Assembly (NCBI GenBank): GCA_030671085.1
Contig: DAOVAI010000001.1
Location: 3,633-67,632, forward strand
Length of the DNA stretch: 64,000 nt
Reading direction: 5' to 3'
Origin: Pseudomonadota bacterium
Lineage (GTDB): Bacteria; Desulfobacterota; Desulfobulbia; Desulfobulbales; Desulfocapsaceae
The notes under the pieces: generated by a model
What the model was told of the DNA's origin: nothing
What the model saw: only the letters and a program-made list of their open reading frames with translations
The model's database searches: none
In this document: positions 1-9,344 of the stretch, in pieces
Layout: each line of letters opens with the position of its first letter
Numbering within the stretch: position 1 is the stretch's first letter
Made by a program: the position numbers and the translations under genes

Positions 1-666
1 TCCCTGGCGGCTGAATGTGAGGAGCTGTTTCACCAGATCCGCAGCTCGGTTTCCTGCCTTGATCACTCTTTCCAGGTCTTTGACTGGCTGACTGTCGGCA
101 GGCAGAGCCCCTTTGGCCATCTCCGTATACCCGAGAATTGCAGACAGGATATTGTTGAAGTCGTGGGCGATACCGCCGGCCAGTGTGCCGATTGCTTCCA
201 GCTTCTGAGCCTGCTGCAGCTCGGCAGTTCTTTTTTTCACCTCTTCTTCAAGATAATTCTGGTATCGTCTGTTTTCCCGGATCAGTTCGGCCCGTTCAAG
301 TGACTTAGTAACGGCATGTTCAAGCAGGGCCAGGTCAGTGATTGGTTTGGTAACATAATCCCATGCCCCCAACTTCAACGTCTTGATGGCATCGCTCATG
401 GAACCTGCACCGGAAACAATAATTACCGGTATCTCGGGGGACTCTTTGGTAATGGCCTCCAATACCTCCAGGCCGTCAATTTTCGGCATGCGCAGATCGA
501 GCAGGATAAGATCCGGTGCCTGGCGATGAAACACATCCAATCCTTCCTGCCCGTCCCGGGCTTGGAGAACATGGTGGCCATTCTCCTGCAGAAAAGTAAC
601 AATACTCTTGCGCATCAGTGCATCATCCTCAACCACGAGGATTCTTCGCTGTGTTTCAGTATTCAA
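1..666 (-). CDS. Hybrid REC-histidine kinase, runs off the window start
   Basis: Manual translation from TTG at 666 (GGAG upstream): RRILVVEDD...DLILLDLRMPKIDG...LGAWDYVTKP...QKLEAIGTLAGGIAHDFNNIL (H-box). Not in the ORF track because no stop lies in the window. Confidence 0.9.
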   Translation of the reverse strand, partial: MNTETQRRILVVEDDALMRKSIVTFLQENGHHVLQARDGQEGLDVFHRQAPDLILLDLRMPKIDGLEVLEAITKESPEIPVIIVSGAGSMSDAIKTLKLGAWDYVTKPITDLALLEHAVTKSLERAELIRENRRYQNYLEEEVKKRTAELQQAQKLEAIGTLAGGIAHDFNNILSAILGYTEMAKGALPADSQPVKDLERVIKAGNRAADLVKQLLTFSRQG

Positions 667-749
667 GGTCCATACTCCATTCTCATGACTCCAGCCGCCA
701 ATGATTATTTTATTTAGTGCTTCTATACGAGACTCAGCCAACCCAGGAC

Positions 750-775
750 GTCATTCCGGCCTTCGCCGGAATGAC
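750..775. repeat. REP-like palindrome GTCATTCCGGC-CTTC-GCCGGAATGAC
   Basis: Perfect 11-bp arms, intergenic, preceded by TACGAGACTCAGCCAA (726-741), which matches the end of the 7074-7264 element. Confidence 0.7.
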
Positions 776-1059
776 AGCACAAAAGACGAAACGACACCAG
801 GGTCAAATACCACAATACTCCACAACACATTGCTGGCCATACCTCGCTAACCAGACCTACAGGTGGTACGAATTGCCAGTGTCGTCACGTTTTGTAAAAA
901 TATAAAATCAACCGCTAGCAAAATACTGTTCGCCTCAAAGGCGAAGGTTTTAACCTTTTACAGAAACAATAAACACTTCCGTATTAAGCAAGCTAAATAC
1001 GGAAGTGTTGTTTTGAGAGAAAGCTGCCCTCCGGGAGCAGATTTCCTGGGGTTTCTTTT

Positions 1060-4000
1060 TTATTTCCCATCCAACACCGACCTGACGGCTCTAAAAAGTC
1101 TATCACCAACAAGAGGCTTGGCGATGTATTCTTTAATACCTGCTGCCAAAGCCTTTTTTTTGGAAGGCAGATCGCTATGGCCGGTGCAGAGGATTACGGG
1201 TAAATCGGGTTTGATTTCCATCGCTGCCAGAGCAAGTTCAGCACCGGTGAGCCCTGGCATGGTTTGGTCGGTGATGAGTAGGTCAAACTCGTCCGGGCTT
1301 GTACTCATCTTTTCCAGGGCATCCTTGCTGTTGGTTGTACCTGTAACCCTGTAGCCGAGATCCTCCAGCTGCCTTTGCGTTGCCCGAACCAGGAGAGGTT
1401 CGTCATCCACAATCAAAATATGTTCACTCCCTCCTTGAAGAGGGACTCTCTGATCAGATTCATGGGCTGTGGAAATCTTTTCCTGCAAGATCGGGAAATA
1501 GACAGCAAAAGAACTCCCTTCTCCCACTGTACTTTTTATCCTGATAAAGCCCTGAGCATCCCGGACAATTCCGTGAATTACAGCAAGCCCCAGGCCTGTA
1601 CCTTTGTCCACCTCTTTGGTGGTATAAAAGGGGTCAAAAATCCGCTCCATAGTTGCCTTGTCCATGCCACAACCGGTATCATTAACCGTGAGGACGACAT
1701 AAGACCCGGGAGACAAGATTGGTTCTCCAGTCATTTCTGCAGCAGACAGTTCACACCGTTGTAAGCTGATGCCCAAAGTCCCTTTCTGATCAGCCATGGC
1801 ATGCAAGCTATTGGTACAAAGATTGACAGTAACCTGATGGATGTTGGTGGGGTCTGCCATAATCAGGCCACAATCTGCATCAATATCTGTTTCTATTTGA
1901 ATTGTTGACGGAAAACTTGCCTCCATCATCTTCAATACTTCCTCAACAATCAGGTGTGGCTGAAGGGGCTGTTTTTCCGTTTCTGTTTTCCGGCTGAAAG
2001 TGAGGATCTGTTTAACAAGATTTGCTGCCCGCTGCCCTGCAGCAAGGACCTCAGCAATGTCCTTGCCCACACGACTGTCTGCAGCAACTTCATTCTTAAT
2101 TATTTGGGCATAGCTAATGATTGCTGCAAGAATATTGTTGAAATCATGGGCAATGCCACCGGCCAGGGTGCCGATAGCCTCCATCTTTATGGCATGTTGC
2201 AACTGCTTTTCAAGTGCTATTTCCTTGCTCACATCACGTTTAACAGCAACAAAGTTGGTAATCTGACCCTCGTTATTTCTAACAGGAGAGATGGTGAGCT
2301 CCTCTTCAAATAAGGTGCCATCCTTTTTCTTGTTGGTCAGATGGCCACTCCAAACTTCACCTTGCAGGAGCGTAGTCCACATCTTTTTATAAAATGCCTG
2401 ATCATGTTTGCCGCTACTGAGGATGTGAGAATTCTGACCGAGAGCTTCCTTACGACTATAGCCGGTGAGTTTTTCAAAAGCAGGATTGACATACTGGATG
2501 CTACCTTTTAAGTCTGTAATAACGACTGATTCAGTTGCCTGCTCAATGGCAGTAGCTAGTCGTAGCCTCTCTTTTTCTGACTCTTTTATGTCAGTGACAT
2601 CCTTGGCAACATGGGCAATATATTCAAGATTACCCTGTTCATCAAATACCGGTGAGGCCGAGACCAAAAAGGTTTTCCCCAATTTTTTATGGTACATCTC
2701 CCGGTTATAGGGTTCAAAGGTCTTCTTAGTCTCCAGAAGGGGACAATCCTGGCAGGGCTCATTTGAACCATCAACAAAAAGTTCATAACAGCGATGGCCG
2801 ATAATTTCATCATAGGAAAGGTCAAGGGTGGTACATGCTGCCCGATTGCATTTTACTATATGCAGATCAGGATCCTGGAGGGTGACAATATCAGTAAAGG
2901 AGTTAAAGGTTCGACCCCATTGCTCTTCACTTTTGCGAATGGCGATTTCAACCATTTTTCGATCAGTAATATCATGGGCAATTCCATTGATGGATGCAAC
3001 TTTCCCCAGTTCATCATAATGAAAGTTGGTGCTCCATAGCATATCATGGGCAGCCCCTGTTTCCTGGTTGATTTGCCGGTTTTCAATATTGTCCTGGAGG
3101 ACTTTTTTGTTCAGACAATTTTCAAACCAGGCCACGGTCCTCTCACGATCGTTAAAATGAACAAACTGGAATGCATCTTGACCTATGAGCTGCCCTGGAT
3201 CAGGGCCAAATATTTCCTTGCCCATATGGTTGACGTAAAGCAGCTTTCCTTCTGCATCCACCTGGGTTATCAGGTCGGTCGTCCCTTCCACCAGCTCCTG
3301 ATATCGTTGTTCCATTTTTTTGCGTTGCGTTATATCTAAAACAACAGCAACAAAAACAGGCGTGGAATGATACTCTGTTTTCTGAAAATGAACCTCTACC
3401 GGATAGGTCGAACCATCCTTTCGTCTGTGAACAGTCTCAAAAACTACTTTTTCTTGTTTTCCGATTTGTAATGGAGTTACTATTTTCTCAAAGGAAGGTG
3501 CATCGATCTCAGACTTGATATCCAAAGGAGTCATTTTCAGCAACTCAGTATGCGAGTATCCTAAATTTACCCGCGCCCCTTCATTGACAAACAAAAATTT
3601 ATAACTGTCTGCATCAAAGATGAAAATTTCATTGAGGGATTGTTCTATAATTCTCGTCAGGTTTCTTTCCTGGTCGAGTGACTGATTCAATTCGGTTGTT
3701 CGCTCCACGACCATGAACGCAAGGTGTTCGTGGTAATTCCGCAATTCCTTTTCGTTCTGTTTCCGTTTAAGCGCGAGTTCCACGGTGGTCGGAAGGGTCT
3801 TGAGGTAATGACCGTCAGGGTCTTTGATGAGATAATCGCTGGCACCAAGCTTCATGGCCTCAACAGCGACTTCTTCGTTACCAGTCCCGGTGGTGACAAT
3901 AACCGGGGTGTCTTTAAACAGCTCAAACAGTTCAAAAGACACCCCATCTCCAAGCACATAATCCGCAATAATGACATCGAAATGTGTTGCTTGTAAAATC

Positions 4001-4134
4001 TCTTTGCCCTCAGCAACGGATCCGGCAATGGTGTAATCATAGGGAAGGTTCTCGTTTCTGACATATCTCTCAAACGCTATCTGGTCGACCTTGTCGTCCT
4101 CAACAAGAAGAAGACGAACTGCTTTGTCTTTCAT
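1060..4134 (-). CDS. Hybrid sensor kinase REC-(PAS)x4-HisKA-HATPase-REC
   Basis: N-terminal LLLVEDD/IIADY; repeated PAS/PAC motifs; AGGIAHDFNN; NLCTN, DTGCG, FYTTK, GTGLGL; C-terminal ILIVDDE/LLITDQTMP. Confidence 0.95.
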   Translation of the reverse strand: MKDKAVRLLLVEDDKVDQIAFERYVRNENLPYDYTIAGSVAEGKEILQATHFDVIIADYVLGDGVSFELFELFKDTPVIVTTGTGNEEVAVEAMKLGASDYLIKDPDGHYLKTLPTTVELALKRKQNEKELRNYHEHLAFMVVERTTELNQSLDQERNLTRIIEQSLNEIFIFDADSYKFLFVNEGARVNLGYSHTELLKMTPLDIKSEIDAPSFEKIVTPLQIGKQEKVVFETVHRRKDGSTYPVEVHFQKTEYHSTPVFVAVVLDITQRKKMEQRYQELVEGTTDLITQVDAEGKLLYVNHMGKEIFGPDPGQLIGQDAFQFVHFNDRERTVAWFENCLNKKVLQDNIENRQINQETGAAHDMLWSTNFHYDELGKVASINGIAHDITDRKMVEIAIRKSEEQWGRTFNSFTDIVTLQDPDLHIVKCNRAACTTLDLSYDEIIGHRCYELFVDGSNEPCQDCPLLETKKTFEPYNREMYHKKLGKTFLVSASPVFDEQGNLEYIAHVAKDVTDIKESEKERLRLATAIEQATESVVITDLKGSIQYVNPAFEKLTGYSRKEALGQNSHILSSGKHDQAFYKKMWTTLLQGEVWSGHLTNKKKDGTLFEEELTISPVRNNEGQITNFVAVKRDVSKEIALEKQLQHAIKMEAIGTLAGGIAHDFNNILAAIISYAQIIKNEVAADSRVGKDIAEVLAAGQRAANLVKQILTFSRKTETEKQPLQPHLIVEEVLKMMEASFPSTIQIETDIDADCGLIMADPTNIHQVTVNLCTNSLHAMADQKGTLGISLQRCELSAAEMTGEPILSPGSYVVLTVNDTGCGMDKATMERIFDPFYTTKEVDKGTGLGLAVIHGIVRDAQGFIRIKSTVGEGSSFAVYFPILQEKISTAHESDQRVPLQGGSEHILIVDDEPLLVRATQRQLEDLGYRVTGTTNSKDALEKMSTSPDEFDLLITDQTMPGLTGAELALAAMEIKPDLPVILCTGHSDLPSKKKALAAGIKEYIAKPLVGDRLFRAVRSVLDGK

Positions 4135-4138
4135 GAAT

Positions 4139-4378
4139 TTTCCTCTATTTGATCGGAACCAAATTCCTTTGACACACCATCACCATATAGCTCTGGTGGA
4201 TAAATAGTTACCCTGGTTACACCGCTCTGCGGTGTAACCCAACCCATCGGCGCTCTGCGCCACGATACGAAGCGCAGGGCGGTGTAACGAGTAATATCTT
4301 GAGGTTACATGCATTAAGTGGATAGCCCATTTCCTCTATTTGATTGGGACTACATTCCTTTGACACACCATCACCATA
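4139..4378. repeat. 49-bp direct repeat (4139-4187 and 4330-4378, 45/49 identical) flanking a REP-like hairpin at 4215-4239
   Basis: TTTCCTCTATTTGAT...ATTCCTTTGACACACCATCACCATA occurs twice; GGTTACACCGC-TCT-GCGGTGTAACC lies between the copies. Confidence 0.85.
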
Positions 4379-4415
4379 GTTTACGTTGCCGCTTGCTTTT
4401 CTTTGGCCGGCCTGA

Positions 4416-4809
4416 TTAATTCGGCAATTCACTCAATGTTCAATACAGATCGATTGTTTTTACCACCTCAACAAATTTTCGGTAATCGACAGGCTTGATC
4501 ATGTACCCTGCAACCCCGAAATTGAAGCTGTCAACCTTGTCCTGATCGTCTTTGGATGTGGTGAGAACAACCACGGGAATTCTTTTCAGCCTGTCGTCTT
4601 TCTTGGCTATCTGCAGAAATTCAATACCATCCATCCCCGGCATTAGGGCGTCAGAGATGATCAGGTCGGTTTTGTGAGGCCGGGCCGGAGCATATCAAGC
4701 CCCTCCTGACCGTCCGCAGCCTCTTGCACCTCATGTGGCCCATGCTTTCCAGTATCTTGCGAAGGAGACGTCTGTCCACCCTTCGGTCATCCACTATGAG
4801 GATTTTCAT
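4416..4809 (-). pseudogene. Decayed single-domain response regulator
   Basis: MKILIVDD...ESMGH / frameshift / EVQEAADGQEGLDM / frameshift / KTDLIISDALMPGMDGIEFL...IDLY*TLSELPN; the TGA falls where Trp is expected. Confidence 0.8.
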
Positions 4810-4821
4810 TTTTTCTCTCTT

Positions 4822-6498
4822 TCATGATGGAATGCCCTGTCCAGTCGCATGACTCGCCTGAATCAGAGGCAATTCCACAATAAACTTTGCTCCCTGACCC
4901 GGCTCTGATTCTACACGGATTTCCCCCTTGTGTTTGTCTACAATAATGGCATGGGAGACAGAAAGACCAAGGCCTGCCCCGGTTCCCACGTCCCTGGTGG
5001 TGAAAAAGGGGTCAAAAATATTGCTTTTTATATTTTCGGGGATGCCGGGGCCATTGTCTTCCACTTCAATCACAGCTCTGTTGCCAGTTATGGCAGTGCG
5101 CAGAGTGATACACGGTTTCTCGGTCAGATCTGCTTCTGCCATGGCCTGGACACTGTTTTTGATAAGGTTCAGGATGACCTGCTCGATTTCCGTTGGAACG
5201 CAGATAACAGAAGGGAGATCCGGGGCATACTCCTTGATGATTTGCACGTTGGTTATTCCATACTTCTTTTTCATATCATAGTCTGACTGGGACAGGAGTA
5301 GAGAACTCTCTATGATATCCTCCAAATTAGCAGTAAAGAAGTTACCTTCATTGGGGCGGCTGAATTCAAGGAGACTTTTGATAATATCGCTAGCCTTCAA
5401 TGCTGATTGCCGGATACCATCCATGAAATAATCAAGATCATTCTTTTTGAAATAGTCCTGCACTGCAGCCAGATCAACATTACACTTGGCAGCCTTTTCT
5501 TTGCTGCGCATCTTTTCTGGGGAGAGTCCCATCTCCACAAGCTGGTGGGCCTGGAGAATTGCAGAAAGAGGAGTATTTATTTCATGGGCAACTCCAGCGG
5601 CAAGACCGGCAATGGTTGTCAGCTTTTCGCTCAGAAAAAGTTGCTTTTCCATTTTTTTTTGCTCAGTGATGTCCTCGATCATGCACAGGTGACGCGGATG
5701 GTTCTTTTTTTCGGTTTTCATCGGGGCGATGGTCATGTTAATCCAGACAAAAGAGCCGTCAGGACGGATATAGCGTTTTTGCATGTTAAACCCGGAAATC
5801 TCTCCGGCATTCAGAAGCGCCATATTGTCCAAATCTTCCTGTACATCATCTGGATGGGTGATACTTATCCAGTCAATGGTGGCCATCTCTTCTCTGGTCC
5901 GGCCCACAATCTCTGCAAAACGAGGGTTAACCTCGTAGATGTGTGGCGTCAATGAATCAATTAAGGCGATCCCCAAAGGCGCTTCAGTAAACATGATCTC
6001 AAACCGCTTTTCACTTTTCAGGAGATCTTCTTCAGCCCGCTTCCGTTCATCTATTTCTTTAGTGAGTTCTTCTGATTGACGTGTCAGTTTCAGTTGCAGC
6101 CGGAACAGTTTTAAATGGTTTTCAATCTTGAGCAGAAGCTCTGAGGATTCGACGGGTTTGGTTATATAGTCAATGGCACCGGCCTCAAGGGCCTTCACTT
6201 TTAAGTCGCTTTGCCCCAGGCCACTAAGAAATATAACGGGAATGCCTTTTGTTTCAGAGTCAGCCTTAAGGTGGCGACATACTTCGATGCCATTCATGCC
6301 GGGCAAATTGTAGTCCAGCAAGATCAACTCGGGCAAGTTTGCCTGTACGCTGCGCAGGGCGAGTTCGCCGTCACTGGCAGGCTGAACCTGATAACCACTC
6401 AGGGTCAATAAATCCACCAAAAACTTGAGGTTGGCAGGTTCATCTTCAACCACCAGGATATCCCCGTGGGGATGGATCTGTTCGCTCTCTGTTTTCAT
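4822..6498 (-). CDS. REC-PAS-histidine kinase
   Basis: ILVVEDE/LILLDYNLP receiver; PAS (ITHPDD, KRYIRPDG); AGVAHEINTP; NLIKN, DNGPG, FFTTR, GAGLGL. Confidence 0.95.
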   Translation of the reverse strand: MKTESEQIHPHGDILVVEDEPANLKFLVDLLTLSGYQVQPASDGELALRSVQANLPELILLDYNLPGMNGIEVCRHLKADSETKGIPVIFLSGLGQSDLKVKALEAGAIDYITKPVESSELLLKIENHLKLFRLQLKLTRQSEELTKEIDERKRAEEDLLKSEKRFEIMFTEAPLGIALIDSLTPHIYEVNPRFAEIVGRTREEMATIDWISITHPDDVQEDLDNMALLNAGEISGFNMQKRYIRPDGSFVWINMTIAPMKTEKKNHPRHLCMIEDITEQKKMEKQLFLSEKLTTIAGLAAGVAHEINTPLSAILQAHQLVEMGLSPEKMRSKEKAAKCNVDLAAVQDYFKKNDLDYFMDGIRQSALKASDIIKSLLEFSRPNEGNFFTANLEDIIESSLLLSQSDYDMKKKYGITNVQIIKEYAPDLPSVICVPTEIEQVILNLIKNSVQAMAEADLTEKPCITLRTAITGNRAVIEVEDNGPGIPENIKSNIFDPFFTTRDVGTGAGLGLSVSHAIIVDKHKGEIRVESEPGQGAKFIVELPLIQASHATGQGIPS

Positions 6499-7073
6499 CT
6501 AGATTCTGTCCCTGTTAAGATATCCATAATCGTCAGGATTTTTTTCCTGTAACTCTTCAACCATCCGGCGCAAACGCTTACCCAGGAAATACGCAGTTCC
6601 AGAGCACCGAGTGGCCATATTCGCAAGCTCCATCGCTTTTTAAACTTCTGCCATTCCCCATCTATTAGCGGATCTTCTACCACGGACAGCATCCACTCCT
6701 TTACTAGATGCCCCCCCCAAAAAAAATTCTTGAGTAACGATCAGCTTTTCGCTTCTTTTAAGGGTATCACAACGTTGAAACGAAAACCAAACGGAAAGAC
6801 AAGCCAGTATGGTTTTTAAAAATTCTTACAAGGCAATTATGAAAAGATTATTTTGGAAATAAAGTCCAAAATGTGTGTGATGGAATGAATGGAGTGTTTC
6901 CAAGAATACTACACAAATACGATAAACATCACAGCAGAGATACTGACCGTATCGACGTGGCCACATGAATTTCAAGTACTGACTGTGTCAAAGTTAAGCT
7001 GAGATAGTCAAATATGCTGTTAACACAAATTCCGGAAAATATTTTAAAAGGGATCCGATGGCAATCATAACTA

Positions 7074-7264
7074 TTACTGATTACGTACGAAACTCAGCCA
7101 AACAATTAGATTACGTGTAGGAGCCCGCCCCTGCGGGCGATACTGAAGGTAGCACCATTGGCGAAATTGATCGCCCGCAGGGGCGGGCTCCTACAAATTG
7201 CGGTAATTTCAATTTGTTATTCGACAAGTTGTTTTCTTGGCTGAGTTTCGTACGTAATCAGTAA
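7074..7264. mobile_element. MITE-like element with 28-bp terminal inverted repeats enclosing an inverted GTAG-REP pair
   Basis: TTACTGATTACGTACGAAACTCAGCCAA (7074-7101) and its reverse complement (7237-7264); inner TGTAGGAGCCCGCCCCTGCGGGCGAT (7116-7141) and its reverse complement (7170-7195). Confidence 0.75.
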
Positions 7265-7817
7265 AATTATTGTCCGACACAATGAGGTTATTGGTGCTAT
7301 GCAGCTATGTTATATATAGCAAATTTACGACTTGAAGCATAATTATATGAGATGCGAGGTGAGAAGGTAAATAGGATTGCCAGGGGCAAGGTTAATCAAT
7401 CAATTAGCTTGCAATAGGCAGGTTAAGACTATTTCTGAGTCTTTACGTGTCCAACCAATATACGGAACAAGTCTCCTGATAATCGCAGAGCGGATGGATT
7501 TATATTCACACTGATGTTCTGTCTGGTGTCAGCCAGTGCGAAGCCTGCGGAAAGTATTTCTTTAGAATGTCTCGGCATGGACAGAAGCATTGTCAGAATT
7601 CCTGCCGAACGAGAAAACGTAGGAACGCAATGACCCCTGATCAGATATGTCATGAGAATGTGGATTATCGTGTGATGAAAGGGGAGTGATCACTCTCCTG
7701 GGAAACACTCTGTAAACTAAGAAATCGGGGGCTGATTGGGGGCTGGAAACAGGTTTGATCTAGAAGACAACTAAGGGGCTGCAGGCTGAAATTGCCTGTA
7801 ACCCCTTGTTTTTATAG

Positions 7818-7904
7818 TGGTGCCCGGAGCGAGAATCGAACTCGCACACTCTCACGAGCGAGGGATTTTAAGTCCCTTGCGTCTACCAGTTCCGCCATCC
7901 GGGC
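7818..7904 (-). tRNA. tRNA-Leu(TAA)
   Basis: GCCCGGATGGCGGAACTGGTAGACGC...GGGA-CTTAAAA-TCCC...GTTCGATTC...CCGGGCACCA; long variable arm. Confidence 0.97.
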
Positions 7905-8145
7905 AGTATACTGTTTGTACCATAGAGCCGTTTTGTTTGTCAATTGGCAAACAAAGATATTTCAGGAGTTCTAATGTATGTATATCTTTGAATAATTTGT
8001 GATATTTTTTTAAGAGAAAACAGCGAGTACAGTCTCTTTTAAAAAAAGAGCAATGGGGGAGGAACTGTTCGTTGCGGTAGAGAATAAGTCATATTTGTTA
8101 GCTATTTCTTCCTCAGTGAACTCCTCACCGTTCAGGATGAAGAAT

Positions 8146-9342
8146 TTAAAAAATCATTGAGGCATCGCGTACGATGGCGAGCATTTCTTTCACTGCCTGG
8201 TCGATGCCGACAAAAACGGCTCTGCTGATGATTGCATGCCCAATGGAGAGTTCTTCAATGGTGTCCAGAGACGCAATTTTGGAGGTGCTCTGGTAGTCAA
8301 GACCGTGTCCTGCATTTACCCGTAATCCCATCTGGTAGGCCTCTTCAGCGGCTGAGGCAATGAGTTGATACTCTTCTTCTCTTTCTTTCTCACTTGTGGC
8401 ATCGCAGTAACGTCCGGTATGGAGTTCCACGTAGGTGGCCCCAATGTCCAGGGCCGCTTTTACTTGCCTCTGTTCGGGATCAATGAAGAGTGAGACTGGA
8501 ATTCCTGCCTTGTCCATCTTGGCAATGGTCTTTGCCAGTTTCTTCTTTTGTCCGGCGACGTTCAGGCCGCCTTCTGTGGTCAGTTCCTGACGCTTTTCAG
8601 GGACTAGAGTGACCATATCGGGTTGCAGGTCCAGGGCAATTTCGATAATCTCTTTATTGGCCCCCATCTCCAGGTTCATCCTGGTCTTGATGGTTTCCCG
8701 CAGCAGACGGACATCCCGGTCATTGATATGGCGTCGATCTTCACGCAGGTGGACGACTATGCCTGCTGCGCCTGCCAGTTCACAGAGAGCAGCAGCTGCC
8801 ACCGGATCAGGCTCGTTGATGCCCCTGGCCTCGCGTACCGTGGCAACGTGGTCAACATTAATTGCTAGGTGTGTCATTTGAGTACTCCTGGAAGATTGTA
8901 ACTGGTTAATCAGGTTGGTTTCTCGTGCCCACATGGCCTCAGCCTCTTTTTCGGAACGCTCATGGTCATAGCCGAGCAAATGGAGCAGGCCATGGGTCAT
9001 AAGCCAGGTAAGACGGTCATGCAGGGAAACTTTGAGTTTTTTTGCTTCGTTGTGGGCGGTCTCCACAGAGATAATGATATCACCAAGTTCTTTAACAGGG
9101 ATGGTAGTGAGGCATGGATCCATCTCCTCTGCAAAGGGAAAAGAAAGGACATTGGTTGGTCCCTTTTTTCCACGATAATGGTTGTTGAGCCAGCTTATCT
9201 CCTGATCATCGACCAAAAGGATACTGACTTCGTGATTCGTTACCCTGTTTTGACGCATGAGCCATGCAGCGCGCCGACGCAGCAGTCTGCTGTTCAGACG
9301 AAACCTGCTGGTGTCGCAGTTTATGGTGAATTGTGCCGGCAT
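8146..9342 (-). CDS. ybeY-pdxJ: YbeY endoribonuclease fused to pyridoxine 5'-phosphate synthase PdxJ
   Basis: LNNHYRGKKGPTNVLSF and HGLLHLLGYDH (YbeY), then in frame LAINVDHVATVREAR, HLREDRRHI, ELHTG, VNAGHGL, ELSIGHAII (PdxJ). Confidence 0.93.
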   Translation of the reverse strand: MPAQFTINCDTSRFRLNSRLLRRRAAWLMRQNRVTNHEVSILLVDDQEISWLNNHYRGKKGPTNVLSFPFAEEMDPCLTTIPVKELGDIIISVETAHNEAKKLKVSLHDRLTWLMTHGLLHLLGYDHERSEKEAEAMWARETNLINQLQSSRSTQMTHLAINVDHVATVREARGINEPDPVAAAALCELAGAAGIVVHLREDRRHINDRDVRLLRETIKTRMNLEMGANKEIIEIALDLQPDMVTLVPEKRQELTTEGGLNVAGQKKKLAKTIAKMDKAGIPVSLFIDPEQRQVKAALDIGATYVELHTGRYCDATSEKEREEEYQLIASAAEEAYQMGLRVNAGHGLDYQSTSKIASLDTIEELSIGHAIISRAVFVGIDQAVKEMLAIVRDASMIF

Positions 9343-9344
9343 GA

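Noticed and set aside
4217-7653. Short ORFs 4217-4432, 6495-6692 and 7429-7653
   Set aside because: No recognisable motifs; the first is built on repeats.
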